Position numbers and translations under genes: made by a program | Shown here: positions 24,428 to 38,321 of the stretch, one piece after another | Layout: each line of letters begins with the position of its first letter | Numbering within the stretch: the first letter of the stretch is position 1 | Assembly (NCBI RefSeq): GCF_001447785.1 | Contig: NW_015166427.1 | Location: 823,620-887,619, forward strand | DNA length: 64,000 nucleotides | Source: Gekko japonicus | Taxonomy: Eukaryota | Reading direction: 5' to 3' | Notes under the pieces: model-generated | The model's database searches: none | What the model was told of the DNA's origin: nothing | What the model saw: only the letters and a program-made list of their open reading frames with translations

Positions 24428-26547
24428 GGTAGAAGGGCGGGTGAAGTAGGAAGCTGTTTTGATGCGCACTGTGCGTATATACAGTCCTCCTCCACGGTGC
24501 GTTTCGATGGGAGGTGACCGAAGAGCTGAGGCTGTGGTAAATATTTGTCTTGGGTTGGCGAGGTGACTGGCTGGCCGGCATTTAAAGGAGCCGTAGCCTT
24601 TATTTTGGTTGGGCGGGGGAGTACGCCTGCCTCTCCTTCAGGAGGGAGGGCAGGGAAGGAGATGCGCTGAGAAGGGGGACGTGGCTCTCGCTTTGCGGGC
24701 CGGCGATGCCTGATCTGTCGTTGGTCCTTCCCGTGCAGGTGAGTGGGCTGTGAGACCAGAGCTTTGGATTTTCCTATTGGCCTGGACAATCCAGGCAGGA
24801 GGTGGATGTCTGATGCAGGAAGAAACGTAGTAAAATCGGTCTGTTTCCGAAAGTGGTCTCCTCACAGCTGAATTGAGATACTGGCAACAAAACACTTTTG
24901 TTTAGCAGAAGGTTGAAACGTGGGAAGGCTGCGTTCCTCGGCGTGCTTCATGAGCTCTTTGGGACGTGCTTCAGAGGAAGCATGCACAGGAATGGGCCGC
25001 ATTCAGGTCCTCCACAACCTTTAAATAGTTGTTGGGTTATGAAAAAATGAAAATAAACAGGGGGGGAAATAGTTGGTGGGTGACCTTTGCTTATTCTAAC
25101 TGAACTATTTTTATTAGGTCTTGCAAGTGATGGAGTTAGCTATAGCTCATGAAAGCTTACACTGGAATACATTTTGTTACGCTTTAAGGTGTCCCTGGAC
25201 TTCTGGTTTATTTAGCCTTTCAAGCAGGGGGGTCTCCTGCCCTGCCTCCCTTTCAGTGCAGACTTATGAATGGGGGATTTTAAATCTGTGTCAAGGATTG
25301 TGAGTTAACTTTTAGGATAAAACGGTATGGTCCTGTGTGTGAATGTGTGTGTACCTTTGCCCCTCCCTGTTTTCCGCTTCGCTGCCTTTTGACTATTGTA
25401 GGACAAGTGTGTTGGATTCTCTCCCACATTACCTTGTCCCTTCTCCTCATGACCTCATCTGTGTTTCCTTTCAAAAACAGTCAGTATTTTCTAGCTTTTG
25501 TACATATTTTTAAGTGTGTATGGACACAATTCTGAATCCCCTTTTTTCTCTTTTAAGAAAAGACACCCCAGATATCCGGTTCAGGTGTGGCCCAGTTTGT
25601 GTGCTTTAACCAATGGGCTAATAAGATGTGTGTGAATCCCTATCAAAGCTATGATAATTATTAGAAAATGAAAGTATTAAGGATAATTATGAAATTGTTT
25701 TGTGAGGACTGGTAATTTAAACAAAGCTCCTACAAGATAATTGAAGTTGCAAGTAAACAAACAAACAAACACCTTTATTGGCATAAAATATTAAACAGTT
25801 GCCATAGGGTAAAACAATCCTATAAAATTTGTGAAAAATAGATAACTTCTAAGATTATTGAAGTTGTGATCTGTCTTTTTAAAAAAATCATTCTATTGCT
25901 AAGTGACATTTTTAAATTAACGCAGCTCATTTAGTGCTCCTTTTCTTGAAATTTTCTCCATCATCTATTAGACCACAAGATCCTTGGATTAGCCTTATGT
26001 GAGAATATGTACAGCAAGGGGTATGAGCTATTAAGAATGTGTGCGTATTTAAAAATAAAAATGTAAATAACCTATTTTTATTGTTTTAAAATGTAGGATT
26101 GAGATCATCAGTGATTCATTGTCAACCTAAGAAGATCAAGCTACCATTCCACAAGATAATTTTAATTAAGAAGCATTTGATAATTATCCAAGAGAGAAAC
26201 AATAGAATAGAATAGTTTCAGTACAGCGAAACTTTCCAATTTGATAGATGCTAGTTAATGCTATGTTTTGGAAAAAAATCCGACAAGGAACTAACACTAC
26301 ATTGCTAATGCAGAGGAATTTAACACTGAACAAAGGAGACTGTGCCATGTTTACCCTCTTTTGTCTTCATACGTTTTGGGGATTTGAATCCATATTTGAT
26401 TCAGTGGTTCCAAAGTATACAACGATTGATAGCTAATTTTTATTAACTAATCACACTGCATGTTTATCTGAAATGCGAAAAGCATATGACAGAGAGTTTA
26501 GGATAACTTTTGAGTGCTTTCCTATAATTGGTAATAAAAGCTGGACA

Positions 26548-26994
26548 ATGAGAGTAGCTGGATATATTTTCTTATGGGTGTTGGCTTCATTGCTGTGCTG
26601 TCAATTAATAACTTCTGCAGAACATGAGGATATAGTGAAGCATGCAATAAAGCTACATCGTGGGAAAGGAGCTGCCACGACTCAGAGGAAGCAGTGGCTT
26701 GTAGAAAATTGCAGGAAGCTATCTGGCCTCCTTCGTCAAAAGAATGTGGTTCTCAACAAACTTAAAAGTGCAATAAGAGCAGTGGAAAAGGACTCCACGC
26801 TGTCACCTGAAGAGAGGACTTTTCAGGTCCACACATTTGAAATTTTCCAAAAGGAGCTGAACGAAAGTGAGAATTCAGTCTTTCAAGCAATCCATGGACT
26901 CCAAAGAGCTCTTCAAGGTGATTATAAAGATGTTGTGAACATGAAAGAAAGTAGTCAGCAACGATTGGAAGCCTTGAGAGAAGCTGCAATAAAG
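26548..26994 (+). CDS. TMCO3: TMCO3 first coding exon (signal peptide + coiled coil)
   Basis: [41 protein letters not shown]...[12 protein letters not shown]|gttggt. An in-frame upstream ATG exists at 26473. Confidence 0.93.
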
Positions 26995-27890
26995 GTTGGT
27001 AGTCTCAATTTGTACAGAATGCTAAATTTCCAACTGTATTGAGTGGATGAATACCTTTTATCTGTCAGAAGACTAGACACTGGTTTTGGTGAACCGGACA
27101 TCTATGTATGGTTGGCAAGCAGGATCATATTTTCTTCTACCTAGGAGAGTGCCACTAGTCCTAACCATGGGGTGACTAGACATCTATACAAAAATCCGAG
27201 GTATACTGACTTAAACCATGGGATGGCAATCCATCATTGTATCTTGCAATTAATTACTCAACGTTTAGCCTGTGTGCTTTGGATTTTTGTGTGTGTGTAT
27301 GTGTGCAAAAAGTATTATGCAAATGAATTTCCTACTCATGGCTGTCTGGCACTAATATATTGTGGAGTGGGCTACTGTTGTCCTACTCTTACGTCACACA
27401 TACACAATAAATGTGTGTGGAGTGGGGAATCAAACCTGGTCCTCCAGATTAGAGTCAGCCACTCTTAACCACTACACCAAACTGGCTCTCTAGTACTGAT
27501 CTAGATGAGCCTGTGGCCTGATCTGCTTTGGCACTAGGGGTTTGAATGCTAAGAGCAACATTTGATAAAAAAGGGTATTTTTTATAGTAGCATTCTTTTT
27601 GTTTACTAATCAGGAAGGCAAAAAAGTATAGCAATTTGTCCATTCTGTTGCTTTACATTTGTCCTTACACAGAAAGCATTTAAAGAGCCTTATCTATCCA
27701 TCTATATGAAGTATTAGCTTTGAAAATACCACTTAACACTATATGAAGATTAATCCCTTTGCAATCTTCAGAGCCTTTTTGCAAATCTGAATTTTTCATT
27801 CAGTCGTCTTATTAGCACTAGTAGAAAATTGCTGTGGCTAGAAACGTAGTAGAACTGGATTTATCGATTACAGCTGTGAAATGTAATGTA

Positions 27891-28175
27891 AGAAGAAGAA
27901 GAAGAGAAGAGATTGGATTTATACCCCACCCTTCACTACCCAAAGGTGTCTCAGAGTGGCTTACAAACTCCTTTTCCTTCCCCTCCCCACAACAGACACC
28001 CTGTGAGGTAGGTGGGGCTGAGAGAGCTCTGACAGAAACTGCTCTTTTTCAAGAACAGCTCTGACAAAACTACAGCTTGCCCAAGGTCATCCAGCCAGGT
28101 GCAAGTGGAGGAGTGGGGAATCAAACCTGGTTCTCCCAGGTTAGAGTCCGCGCACTTAACCACTACACCAAACAG
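27891..28175 (-). mobile_element. tRNA-derived squamate SINE (Squam3/MIR-like)
   Basis: Near-identical to 12026-12303. Shorter or older relatives at about 7790-8000, 27415-27490 and 48860-49035. Confidence 0.75.
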
Positions 28176-29691
28176 GCTCTCAGTTACATTTTGTTTCAAA
28201 ATTGTAATTGCAGGCAAATAGGGTTCTTGAAAGTAATGATCTTGGTGCCTGTGTTTGTGCCTGGCAGGCTCATGGTTGAAATTTCAAGCATCTTGGCTTC
28301 TTGAAGAGAAATATTTTTTTAAATTACAAATTCTGCTGTGTCTTTTTCTTTTTATATATTTGTGTCTGTACTTCTGTCTGTCTGAGGGTAGATTCTCTTA
28401 TGTGTATTAGTAATAAGCAGCCCTGCCAACAGTAAGGAACTTGTCCTTCTTTTGTGAAGTGTGAGCTGCTTCTCCACTGTGTTCAATTGTTACCCACTCC
28501 TTTACTGAAGGAAGGTCTTGGGCAATGTCTACATTTTAGCTTGATCTCTCTGGGCCTTGCATGAATCCTGGCTGGCAGTGGTCAGGAGCCAATGTTACTA
28601 TGGATGCTGTACTGACTCTTGCTGGGGTAGGTAGGTAAGGGGGAATGAGGCTTGTAAAGGTCATAAACACTGCTGCCATAGCAATCAGAGGTTTGTTACT
28701 CATTTTCTCATTTTTCAGCCTTGTTCCAACAGTCTGGATGTCAGATGTGGAAAGTGGAGAATTTCTAGAGCAGTAGGGAGAGAATCAAATGGAAAGAAAT
28801 ACTAACATCCTTGTATTCACAGTGATGATGTGTCCTGCTGATTCATCGGATTCCCTGGCAGTCATTAAAGTCACACGGTTGCCTTTCAGGCTTGGGAAAT
28901 TCTTGGAGATGGGGGGGGGTAGTGCCTGGAGAAGCTAGATTTTTTTGGAGAAGGGAAGAGGCTAGGTAGGAGTATGATGTCTTAGAGACTGCCCTCCAAA
29001 GCTGTTGTTTCCTCCAGGAGAACTGATAAGTTGTAACTGGGGGAGAACTCCAGGCCCAGGTGGGGGTGGTGACCCTAATGATGGTACAAGCCTATGCAGA
29101 AGTTACTCCAGTAAACTAATTGAAATCATAAAATTGCACTGTGATTGTCCTTCGTGTCAACTATGGTCTCACAGCCTAGTCTACCTTATGGGATGGTAAA
29201 AAAGAATACATGTACGTAAACCACACTGAGCTCCCTGAGGAAAGGTAAAATAGCAATATATGGTTAATAAACAGTGGTAGCTGCTGGTGATGTATGTTCG
29301 TATTCTCCATCCATTTTATTGGTCCCTCCTTCTCAATTTAAGTTGCCTTTTAAAAATTGAAAACCGTTACTTCAGTTCTTTTGAGGTGTTATGTCTTCAA
29401 AGGGGTTCAAGGACAAGGGACAGCATGTAAGTAGTTAAGTTTTAGATATACTAAATAGAATGTCAATAATATTATTAATGTTACACAGTTTGTATTGTTT
29501 GGGATTCTCTGTATCAATTGTTTTATATTCATTTAATAGTAAAAACTAACTTTGCAAAGAACATTTGTTATGCATCTTGTGTCAAAAGTATGAACTTGTC
29601 TGATTTGTCAAGAAAGTTTCAGTAAAATGAAACAGTGACATTACGCTAGTGAACTTTGGAAAAAAAACTTAGAATCTTAAATTTCTAACAG

Positions 29692-29871
29692 GAAGAAACA
29701 GAATATATTGAACTTCTAGCAGCAGAAAAGCATCAAGTTGAAGCCCTGAAAAACATGCAGCATCAAAACAAGAGCCTGTCCATTCTTGATGAGATTCTTG
29801 AAGATGTTAGAAAAGCAGCTGATAGGCTGGAAGAGGAAATAGAAGAGCATGCCTTTGATGACAACAAGTCA
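29692..29871 (+). CDS. TMCO3: TMCO3 exon 3
   Basis: taacag|GAAGAA...AAGTCA|gtaagt; [60 protein letters not shown]. Confidence 0.96.
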
Positions 29872-31319
29872 GTAAGTTTACTGAGAGATGGATTTTGTGA
29901 GTTGTTTGGAAATCTATATATCTAATTTCCAACATGGCCCCCTGCGTGCGGATACTTATTTTCGCACATCGGGGGCACCTGGGGGGGAGGGAGATTTTTG
30001 TGCACACACGGGGCAGTCCCCAGGTGTGCACAAAAATCTGTAAACCCGAAAAAAATATTCGGGGGATACTTAAATCCCCCCAAAAGTGACAGAGCGTCCC
30101 CTGCGCATGCGCAGGGAACGCTCTACGAACTCCCTCGCCGTCACTTCGGAGCCGGGGGGATAGAGAGAAGCGAGGCCCGAGTGGCTTGCAGCCGCCACAC
30201 GGGGNNNNNNNNNNNNNNNNNNNNNNNNNNNNNNNNNNNNNNNNNGAAGGGGGGAGATCGAGCGGGGAGGTGTGTGGAGGTGATGGGGGAGGAACCGGCA
30301 GGATGGGGGGGGACTTACCTCCTCCTGCTGCTTCCTCCTCTGCCGCATAAGTGTAGAGTCCCCCCCCCGCGCGGGTATCGCGGGGCCCGCCCCTTGCAGT
30401 ACCTATTTATCAATGTTTTAAAAGTAATTTTATTGACTGGGTAGGTCTAAGTTTTTTAAAAAGTTGAGTAGGATATTTGCAGAAGAAATACACTGGGAAA
30501 GATGAGTGTTTCTTGTAGGGANNNNNNNNNNNNNNNNNNNNNNNNNNNNNNGTAGGGAAATACATCTTGATTATTAAAAGTTACATAGATGGAAAGGAAG
30601 CCAAGAATGCAGTTGAAAGCCTTCTTTCAGAAGTAAGAAGAAAGAGGCAAATGTAGAAGTTAATGCAGCAAAGCTATATGCTTTGAGCTCAGGATTACAG
30701 AACAGCAACATAGAAGACAAGCAAAAGATAAGTCGTTGGCTAGAATATGGTTCACACCAACACAACTGAATTTATTAAAACAATCGTTTAAATAAGGTAC
30801 CTTACTCTGAGCGACTGTGCCAATGCGGTTCTGGCCAAACAGACACCCTTCAGCATTATCTATTCGACAGTGATTTGCTTAATGATGCAAGACACAGTTG
30901 GATAGGACTCTAGGTGTGAACGGGATAATTTGAGGTTTCTTTTAGCAGGGGTGGATTTTAATATTTCATTGGCAGTTGCCAGATTATTTTCTTAGTCGAT
31001 TAAAATTCAAAATCACTAAATTTTACATTATACAGATACATGTATTAAATAAATTTCCTTCTTTTCTTTTTTTAGCCTTAGTGTGACACTGTTCAGAGCC
31101 GAATTGGCTGTAAGAGCAGTACCATTAAAGTTAAAGTAAAACTGAATGATTAAATTGTAGTGGGTTGGAGACACAGTACAGTAAAGATTGGTATTACTAC
31201 AGCTTTAAGTTTCAGAGTAAAGTCCAGTCTAGACATCATGAACTTTTGAAAGCCTTTTCTTCTTTGAAGTGCTGGAACAAAAATAAAAGCAGACTGAGAA
31301 TTCTTTGCTTCCTTCATAG

Positions 31320-31511
31320 GTGAGAGGAGTTAACTTCGAAGCTGTTTTAAGAGTGGAAGAGGATGAAACAGACACAAAAAGAAATATTTCAAAAAGAATA
31401 GTAGAAGATAATTTGGGTCTAAGCATGCTTATTGACTCCCAGAACAACCAGTATATACTTACTAAGCCCAGAGACTCAACCATTCCACGTGCTGATCACC
31501 ATTTTATAAAG
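31320..31511 (+). CDS. TMCO3: TMCO3 exon 4
   Basis: tcatag|GTGAGA...ATAAAG|gtaaat; [16 protein letters not shown]...PRADHHFIK. Confidence 0.96.
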
Positions 31512-32620
31512 GTAAATTGTTATCAAAAGAGCCAAGTACTCACTCTAAGCAACTTTAAAAGGCTTGCATTAAGATTGTAGCTCTGCCTACTTGCTAATGT
31601 TTCAGAAACAGATAAATGGCAGATTGTCTTGTTGTTTTGGAGGTTTTTAATTGATTTTTAGTTAAATGTGTAAAACATACCTGAATCTGTTCTATTTCTC
31701 TGGGATTTAGTGGTAAAATTTGCACGAAATGCTACATGGTTATAATTGCTTCAGGACCCTAATCCCTTCCTGAACATTTTGGGGAGCATCTTTTTAGCTG
31801 TAGGCATGGAAAGCTGTCTCAGACATGACTAAACAATACATTTGGATTTGCCAATGAGTGTATACTTAACTGGAAGATATTGCTTGTTGGTTGTAGCTAT
31901 GCAACAAAGAGATAACTCTACTAACTAGGAAGTCTCCACCATTAAATATATTAACCTTCCACATGGATGTGAAATCTAAGGTCTGATAATAAAAATGGTA
32001 CTGTGTATAACATCTGCATGAAAAAACTTCAGCTTATATCTCCCGGTCAAAAGTGCTGCATAGCCTTCAGTATGAACAAAAAAGCAGGCTTCCCTGCTAT
32101 CTTCAGTTTTGGGTGGTGGAGGATTTATAAGGTTAGTGGAGAGGTCAGCCACAGGGGAGCTCTTGTGTGTGAACAGCTTCTGGGTGAGGCAATGTTTGCC
32201 CAACTGCTACAATAGCTGTGCTTACAGAGCACTGTCGGGCCAGCTCTCACTGGTACTTAACCATGATTTCCAGTATCATTTTTAAATGTTATCACATTTC
32301 AACCATGAAGTTCACCACTCTGTTCACTGATAAAAATATTGTCAAACTAAACCAAGAAAGAATACGATCCACACCTTAAGTGCTCTCACACCATGGGGCT
32401 GCTTGTTCTTCTGAGTGAAATGAGCAAGTTGTGACACCTGTACAGAAGAACTCGCACAATGTGCATGCTTCTCAGGACTGGATAGGCCCAGTAAGTGGTT
32501 GATAGCTGACGGTGTGATCCCATTCTCTATCCAGGATGTATAACTCCTTCATTTACATGTTAACACTGTTTGTACGTATGCATCTGTTGAATGAAATAGT
32601 ATTTTAATTTTATTCATTAG

Positions 32621-32749
32621 GATATTGTGACCATAGGAATGCTATCTTTGCCATGTGGCTGGCTGTGCACAACGATAGGATTGCCTACTATGTTTGGGTA
32701 CATTATTTGTGGAGTCCTTTTGGGACCATCAGGACTGAACAGCATTAAG
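32621..32749 (+). CDS. TMCO3: TMCO3 exon 5
   Basis: cattag|GATATT...ATTAAG|gtaagg; [43 protein letters not shown]. Confidence 0.96.
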
Positions 32750-33090
32750 GTAAGGGAAATATATTTATGGGAGGATTCAGTATTTATAATGTGCATTGAA
32801 CAAATGAGAAAAGAGTGTGTGTGAAAACTAAGCTACTGAAGGATTTAAGTAATAGCATCATATATCAGATTCTATTATTTTTTTACAATTTGGTCTTGTA
32901 CAGTGTGATTGCTATTTCCCCTAAAAATAAATTATTGCTGTATTTCAATGGGAAGTAACTTTAGCTGTATCGTCTTGTTTTACGTAGCAGGGATAAGGTG
33001 GCTTGTTTTTTTCCCCAAGCATAAAATGAAAAACATACCTTGGTAGTTTCAAAACTATAATTGGAAAAAAAATATTGTATGTATTTTGAT

Positions 33091-33416
33091 TAGGGTTGCC
33101 AAGTCGTTACTGTATGCAGAACGGGGGACTCCAGCGCTGCTCTGGGAGTCTGTGTGCAAGCGCTTTGCGCATGCCACATCAGGCATGCCGGGGGCAAGGC
33201 CACAATCATCCGAGGGGAAACCATAGAGTTTTCTCTTAGATGACCCTGCCCTCAACGTGCCCGACGTAACTGCGTCACTTCCAGGTGACATGCTGACGCC
33301 GGGCACGTTGCGTGCTTTGGGGTTGGGGCTCCCCCCGGGGCCCGATCCGCCGCGGGTGGGTAACGGGCCTCTCGGGCGGGGGTTTCCCCGCCCCCCGGGG
33401 GGACTTGGCAAGCCTA
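33091..33416. mobile_element. hAT (Blackjack-like TIR) MITE, CpG-rich
   Basis: TAGGGTTGCCAAGTC...GACTTGGCAAGCCTA; 8-bp TSD ATTTTGAT. Confidence 0.88.
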
Positions 33417-33674
33417 ATTTTGATACCTAACAGGAAAATGTTCATAAGTCAAAAACAAATGTTTAGACAGTTTTCCTGCAGTTCAGAGACTGCTAATATA
33501 TGTATTAAAAAGGCTTCCCTTATGCTCTAGTGAGGATCTAATAATTTAAATGACTGCCAGAGCCCCAGCTCATTCAGAGCTCTGGAGGTGCAGCAGAGCC
33601 TCCTTTTGTGTGCCACGCTCCTGGATCATGGCCTGTTAGTCTTTGTAACAGCCTTTCTGGTAACCTCTTACCAC

Positions 33675-33913
33675 TAGGTTTGCCAGGTCCCTTCTGGCTA
33701 CCAGCAGGGGATTTGGGGGGGGGGTAGGGTTACCAGATCCAGGTTGGGAAACTCCTGCAGCATTGGGGGTGTAGCCTGGGGAGGGCAGGGATCTCAGTGG
33801 GGATCCACCCTCCAAAGCAGCCATTTTTTTCCAGGGAAACTCATCTCTTTAGTCTGGAGATGAGTTGTAATTTTGGGGGATCTCCAGGTCCCACCTGGAT
33901 GCTGGCATCCCTA
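33675..33913. mobile_element. hAT MITE, same family as 3124-3342
   Basis: TAGGTTTGCCAG...CTGGCATCCCTA; interior is the reverse complement of the 3124 copy. Confidence 0.75.
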
Positions 33914-34294
33914 ACTTGCCACACATCCAAAGTTCTTGATACAAGCTTTCCCCCATTATTTTTCTCCTGCATATACTTTACATTGGTTATCTTATTTCCC
34001 ATCTTCTACCACACATCCAGCATGATCAGTTTCATTTTCTCTCTGAAGTAATGCTACTGTTAGTAGCAGTTTGGGTCCTTATCCTGATTATGACCCTTTC
34101 TGTCTATCTTGTTTCTGATATACGAGCACAAGTAAATGTGGCGCCTTGTATTTAACAAGGTGAATAAAATGCACACTGTGGTTGAGATTCTGGGTCTTTT
34201 TAAAATAGAAGTTGATAACAGTACAGTTGGTTGTTCTATGAATCAATAAAAGAAAACTATAGCTTACTGAATAGATGTGCTTTTTCCCCCCCAG

Positions 34295-34387
34295 TCAATC
34301 GTACAGATTGAGACATTGGGAGAGTTTGGTGTATTCTTTACTCTGTTTCTGGTTGGCCTGGAGTTTTCTCCTGAAAGACTAAGAAAG
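34295..34387 (+). CDS. TMCO3: TMCO3 exon 6
   Basis: ccccag|TCAATC...AGAAAG|gtattg; [31 protein letters not shown]. Confidence 0.95.
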
Positions 34388-35114
34388 GTATTGCTCCGTA
34401 ATGTGTATGTTCTTTAACATTACAAATAATTTCTGAACAATAAAACTGCATCTTGGATTTTTCAGGATGTATCTCATTATTTTTGTGTTGCTTAACTAGA
34501 ACTATGAAAGCAAAATGTTTTCTCTCCCCCCCCCTTTTCTTTTCACTCCTAGTCTTTTGGGAGATAAATTAAGAGTTCTTTTAGAATTCATAGATCCTGA
34601 GGTTTAGTTCTTCCTGAAATGGTAAACCTGTTTCCAGTCTGTACCACTTCAGTTGCAGGCAGCGACTGTATTAATATGACGTATTTTTAAAAATCACTAC
34701 ACTTAAACAATAACAAATAACCTAGCAAATCAAGAAGACTTCTCCTGCTATCTACAGTACTATCCTAAGCAGTTCTATTCAGAATCCTACTCAAGGGGAC
34801 TTAACTCCCAGGATAGCGTTCTTATGATTGCACTGTCAGTTTTATGTGTGGAGGTTTTTCTGTGTGTGCATGTATGTGTGTAGAAGAGCAGCTCAGATAC
34901 AGACATATGATCTTGGTTAGAATCAAGCCCAGAGTTCTGTAGACAGGTAAGCAAGCTTTGATTGTAGCCTTGTGTTCTTTGTTTTCACAGTAACATCACT
35001 AGGTTCATTTCTGTACTTGATGCTTCATACTGTGAAGGGGCTAGTGCAGAGTGCTGTGGCTAGACTGCAGGTCAGGCTCAGCTATTGGGACCATGTGACC
35101 CCAATTCTACAGCA

Positions 35115-35480
35115 ATTACACTGGCTACCATTCCACTCCCGTCCAATTTAAGGTGTTGGTTTTGGCCTTTAAAGCCCTAAATGGCTTGGGACAGGGATAT
35201 CTAAAGGACAATCTTCTCCCATATGTTCCTACCCAGGAATTAAGATCACAGGGAGAGGCCCTCCTGAATGTCCTATCAATCAAAGAAGCTTGTTTTTTTT
35301 GGGTACAGGAGGGAGGATCTTGTCAGTGTTAGCCCCATGATTATGGAACAACCTATCCAGGGAGGTGTGCTTCTCCCCCCTCCCCCTTCGATCTTTATGA
35401 GGCAGTTGTAGACAGTTTTACTTAAGACTGCTTTTGACTCTATAAGGAAGAAAGGCAGCTAATAAATATTTTAAATACAT
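35115..35480 (+). mobile_element. Old L2 LINE ORF2 3-prime fragment
   Basis: LHWLP...QFKVLVLAFKALNGLGQGYLKD motifs with frameshifts. Confidence 0.7.
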
Positions 35481-36044
35481 TTAGTAAACAAATACTTTTA
35501 AAGTGGTGTGACAATTCTGAGGCTCTGAGACCCCATCTGTGCACCCAAGCACTTATGTTTGGATCCACATATGTCTTTTCTTCTGTAACAAAGAAATCCA
35601 TATTGTTATATCACTTAAAATACTAATGAATGATTACCAATACCAGGTGATTATAAGTTGGAGGTTAAAATGGAACGACAAGTTAACCACATAATATTCT
35701 AGCTTTTTTGTTGTATACATCCGGTAGATCCTCTGTTACTTCTTTCAGCCTAGTTTTAAACAACATTGAGGGCTGGGTGTGCATAGAAAAGTTTTTGAGC
35801 TCCCAGTGTATTTTAATGTTGATGAAAAAATTTATCACAGAACATTCCCCCCATCCCTTTCTTGATATTCATAGTGTGTAATATATCTAAGGTCTAGAAG
35901 CTCTGACACTGAAAATTTAATTACTCTGAAGAGCTCTTGGTTTTTCTGAATTCTGAATACCATAACTGCATTAAATTTCAGTGTTAAACTGAAAATCATC
36001 AACATGCTAATTGTGCTAGTCTAAGTGAATGTTTATTCTCAAAG

Positions 36045-36231
36045 GTATGGAAGATATCATTGCAAGGACCCTGTTACATGACTTTGCTGATGATTGCATT
36101 TGGCTTACTGTGGGGACAATTCCTACAAATTAGAGCAACTCAGAGTGTTTTCATTGCTACTTGTTTATCATTATCAAGCACACCATTAGTATCCAGATTC
36201 CTAGCAGGGAGTTCTCGAGGAGATAAGGAAG
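36045..36231 (+). CDS. TMCO3: TMCO3 exon 7
   Basis: tcaaag|GTATGG...GAAG|gtgagt; [20 protein letters not shown]...[20 protein letters not shown]. Confidence 0.96.
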
Positions 36232-36336
36232 GTGAGTGCACCTTTACTTCTGAATTAGAATATTTATTGCAAACTGAGTGTACACATATAAGAGCTAGAA
36301 CAATTAGCTTAAAAGAAAGTGTGTCTTTGGTTATAG

Positions 36337-36529
36337 TGCTGGTTTTCAAAGTGGGCAATATCGCCCCCTCGGGGGCGCTGGAATGATCCAGGTGGGCTGG
36401 AACGATCCAGGTGCAGATCCACAAACTGCATCTTTTTGTCCACTTCTTGAAGGTAGATTTCCAGGGGGGCACTGAGTAATTTTTTTTCTGAAAATGGGTC
36501 GGTAGGCCAAATAAGTTTGGGAACCTCTG
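36337..36529. mobile_element. hAT-Charlie-like MITE
   Basis: Ends GTTTGGGAACCTCTG; 8-bp TSD GGTTATAG on both sides. Confidence 0.75.
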
Positions 36530-38203
36530 GGTTATAGAAAGGTACTCTTAACCAAGCAGTTAACTTTAGGTTAAGTAACTGACAATTTTGAACATAGGTG
36601 ATTTGGGGTTCAGGCTACTTTAGCCCTGAATGTTACAAAATCTAATCTTTTCAGCCCAGTTGGGCAAATGCCTCTCATTCCATGTATAAACTGGAGATAA
36701 GACTTTTGACAACCCATGGCTGTGTTGTGCCCATGGGGGTCTCTCTCCAAGGCTTAGTGGCTGTCCTCCACATATGCAATACCACTTCCAGGCTTTTCTT
36801 CCTCTCTGAACTGATGAGGCATGTAACGCTGTTTCTGCCTCTGCATTAAAAAAACCAAACTAAAACAACGATAATACCATCTGTGAACTACTTTTTCGGG
36901 AGATTCCTTGACCTTGGATTGTCAGTTAACATCACTTGAGTTAACAAGACCTTGGCTGCTAGTTTGTCTGATCATGGAATTACCTTGTTGCATTTTCTGT
37001 GATACAAAAATGACTATCCAGTGGTATTTAGGGCCCAAGTTCTTGAAGGATATGTGGTTTAGCTGCAAGCTAATTATAAAACAAATATCAAAGTTTGGCG
37101 GTTAAGAAGCTATGGCATGCCCATGGGTTTCTCTGTGGGCCAGTGGCTGTTCTTCAGGTAGTAGTACAGCTGCCTACCACTCTGCCAGGTGGACACAGAC
37201 ACCTCCTGGTCCCTCTTCCTCTAATTCCAAACCTCGGGTACCAGTTGAAGAGGAATAGATGTTGCAAATACATTGAGCAAAATGAAGATCTTCAAGGAAG
37301 AACAAAAGAGTTCATTGGAAGAGAAGCAGGAAGGGGAGGTTTGTTTGGAGGAGAAACACACAGCAAGAATTCAAAGCAAAGAACTTGATGTACTGCTAGT
37401 TCTACTTCCCTGGCCAGTTGCATTCATGTTAGTCTGTAGATCTCAGAAGCTAGGAGGAAATGGCTATAGAGGACTGTCAGGTATGTGTGTGGGAACCCCC
37501 CCCCCTGTTTTTTATGTAATTCAAGTACATAGAAGTTACCTTGGAGCTGGGACCAGAGATCAGGTCCTAGGGTATGGATGCAAGCATCGCTTTTCCCATG
37601 ATACAGTTTGTACATCTTAAGAGTCCTACACATCACTGATGTCTGGAAGTGAAATTGAAAGCAGTCTTTGTGGGACTCAGTCTATAACATCTTGCAACTC
37701 AAGTTTGTTTTCCGACAGTTAAAACGGCATGTTGCCATTCCTACCTTCACACTAGTGAGAGTTTCATTAGTAGAATGAAGAAGAGCTTCACACATGTTGC
37801 TAGGAGAGCTTCCGGATTCCGCCAAGAACTCATCCCAGCTGCTTGTTCAGGGACTGAACAGGTTTTATTTACACATATACGAGTTGGGCTGAAAGGTCCT
37901 AACTGCAACAACTCCACCTGCTATCTTAACAACCACAATACAGCTGCTTCTTCCCAGACACCTCCAGGAGGCAGAGAGCTTTGCTTTCAGATATTAACTC
38001 TTTTCTTAACTGTTCCATTCTTCATAACTCTTTACCCCAGTACACAGTTACTTGGCATTGGTTAAACTAACTTTCTATGAGCAGCTGATCATTAATTTTA
38101 ATAGACTGCTCAGTCTTCAGTAAGCGTTGATCCTTATTGATGAAGTATTGCTGTTGAATCTGTACCTATGTACTAGTTTAATTTTTGGTTGTCTTTTAAA
38201 CAG

Positions 38204-38321
38204 GTGATATTGATTATAGCAGCGTTTTACTTGGGATGTTGATAATGCAGGATGTACAGCTTGGCTTATTTATAGCTGTCATGCCAACGCTTATTCAAGC
38301 TGGAGTTGGTACACATTCCAG
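38204..38321 (+). CDS. TMCO3: TMCO3 exon 8
   Basis: aaacag|GTGAT...TCCAG|gtaaca; [39 protein letters not shown]. Confidence 0.95.

Larger units (their letters stand above)
23300..25000. promoter_or_regulatory. CpG island / bidirectional promoter of DCUN1D2 and TMCO3
   Basis: Marked rise in GC and CpG between two divergent genes. Strong plus-strand donor CAG|gtgagt at 24738/24739 is a candidate end of TMCO3 non-coding exon 1. Boundaries approximate. Confidence 0.85.

Noticed and set aside
23351-24895. Long ORFs (up to 256 aa) across the DCUN1D2/TMCO3 promoter
   Set aside because: Low-complexity Pro/Gly/Arg/Ser translations typical of stop-poor CpG islands; no recognisable domain
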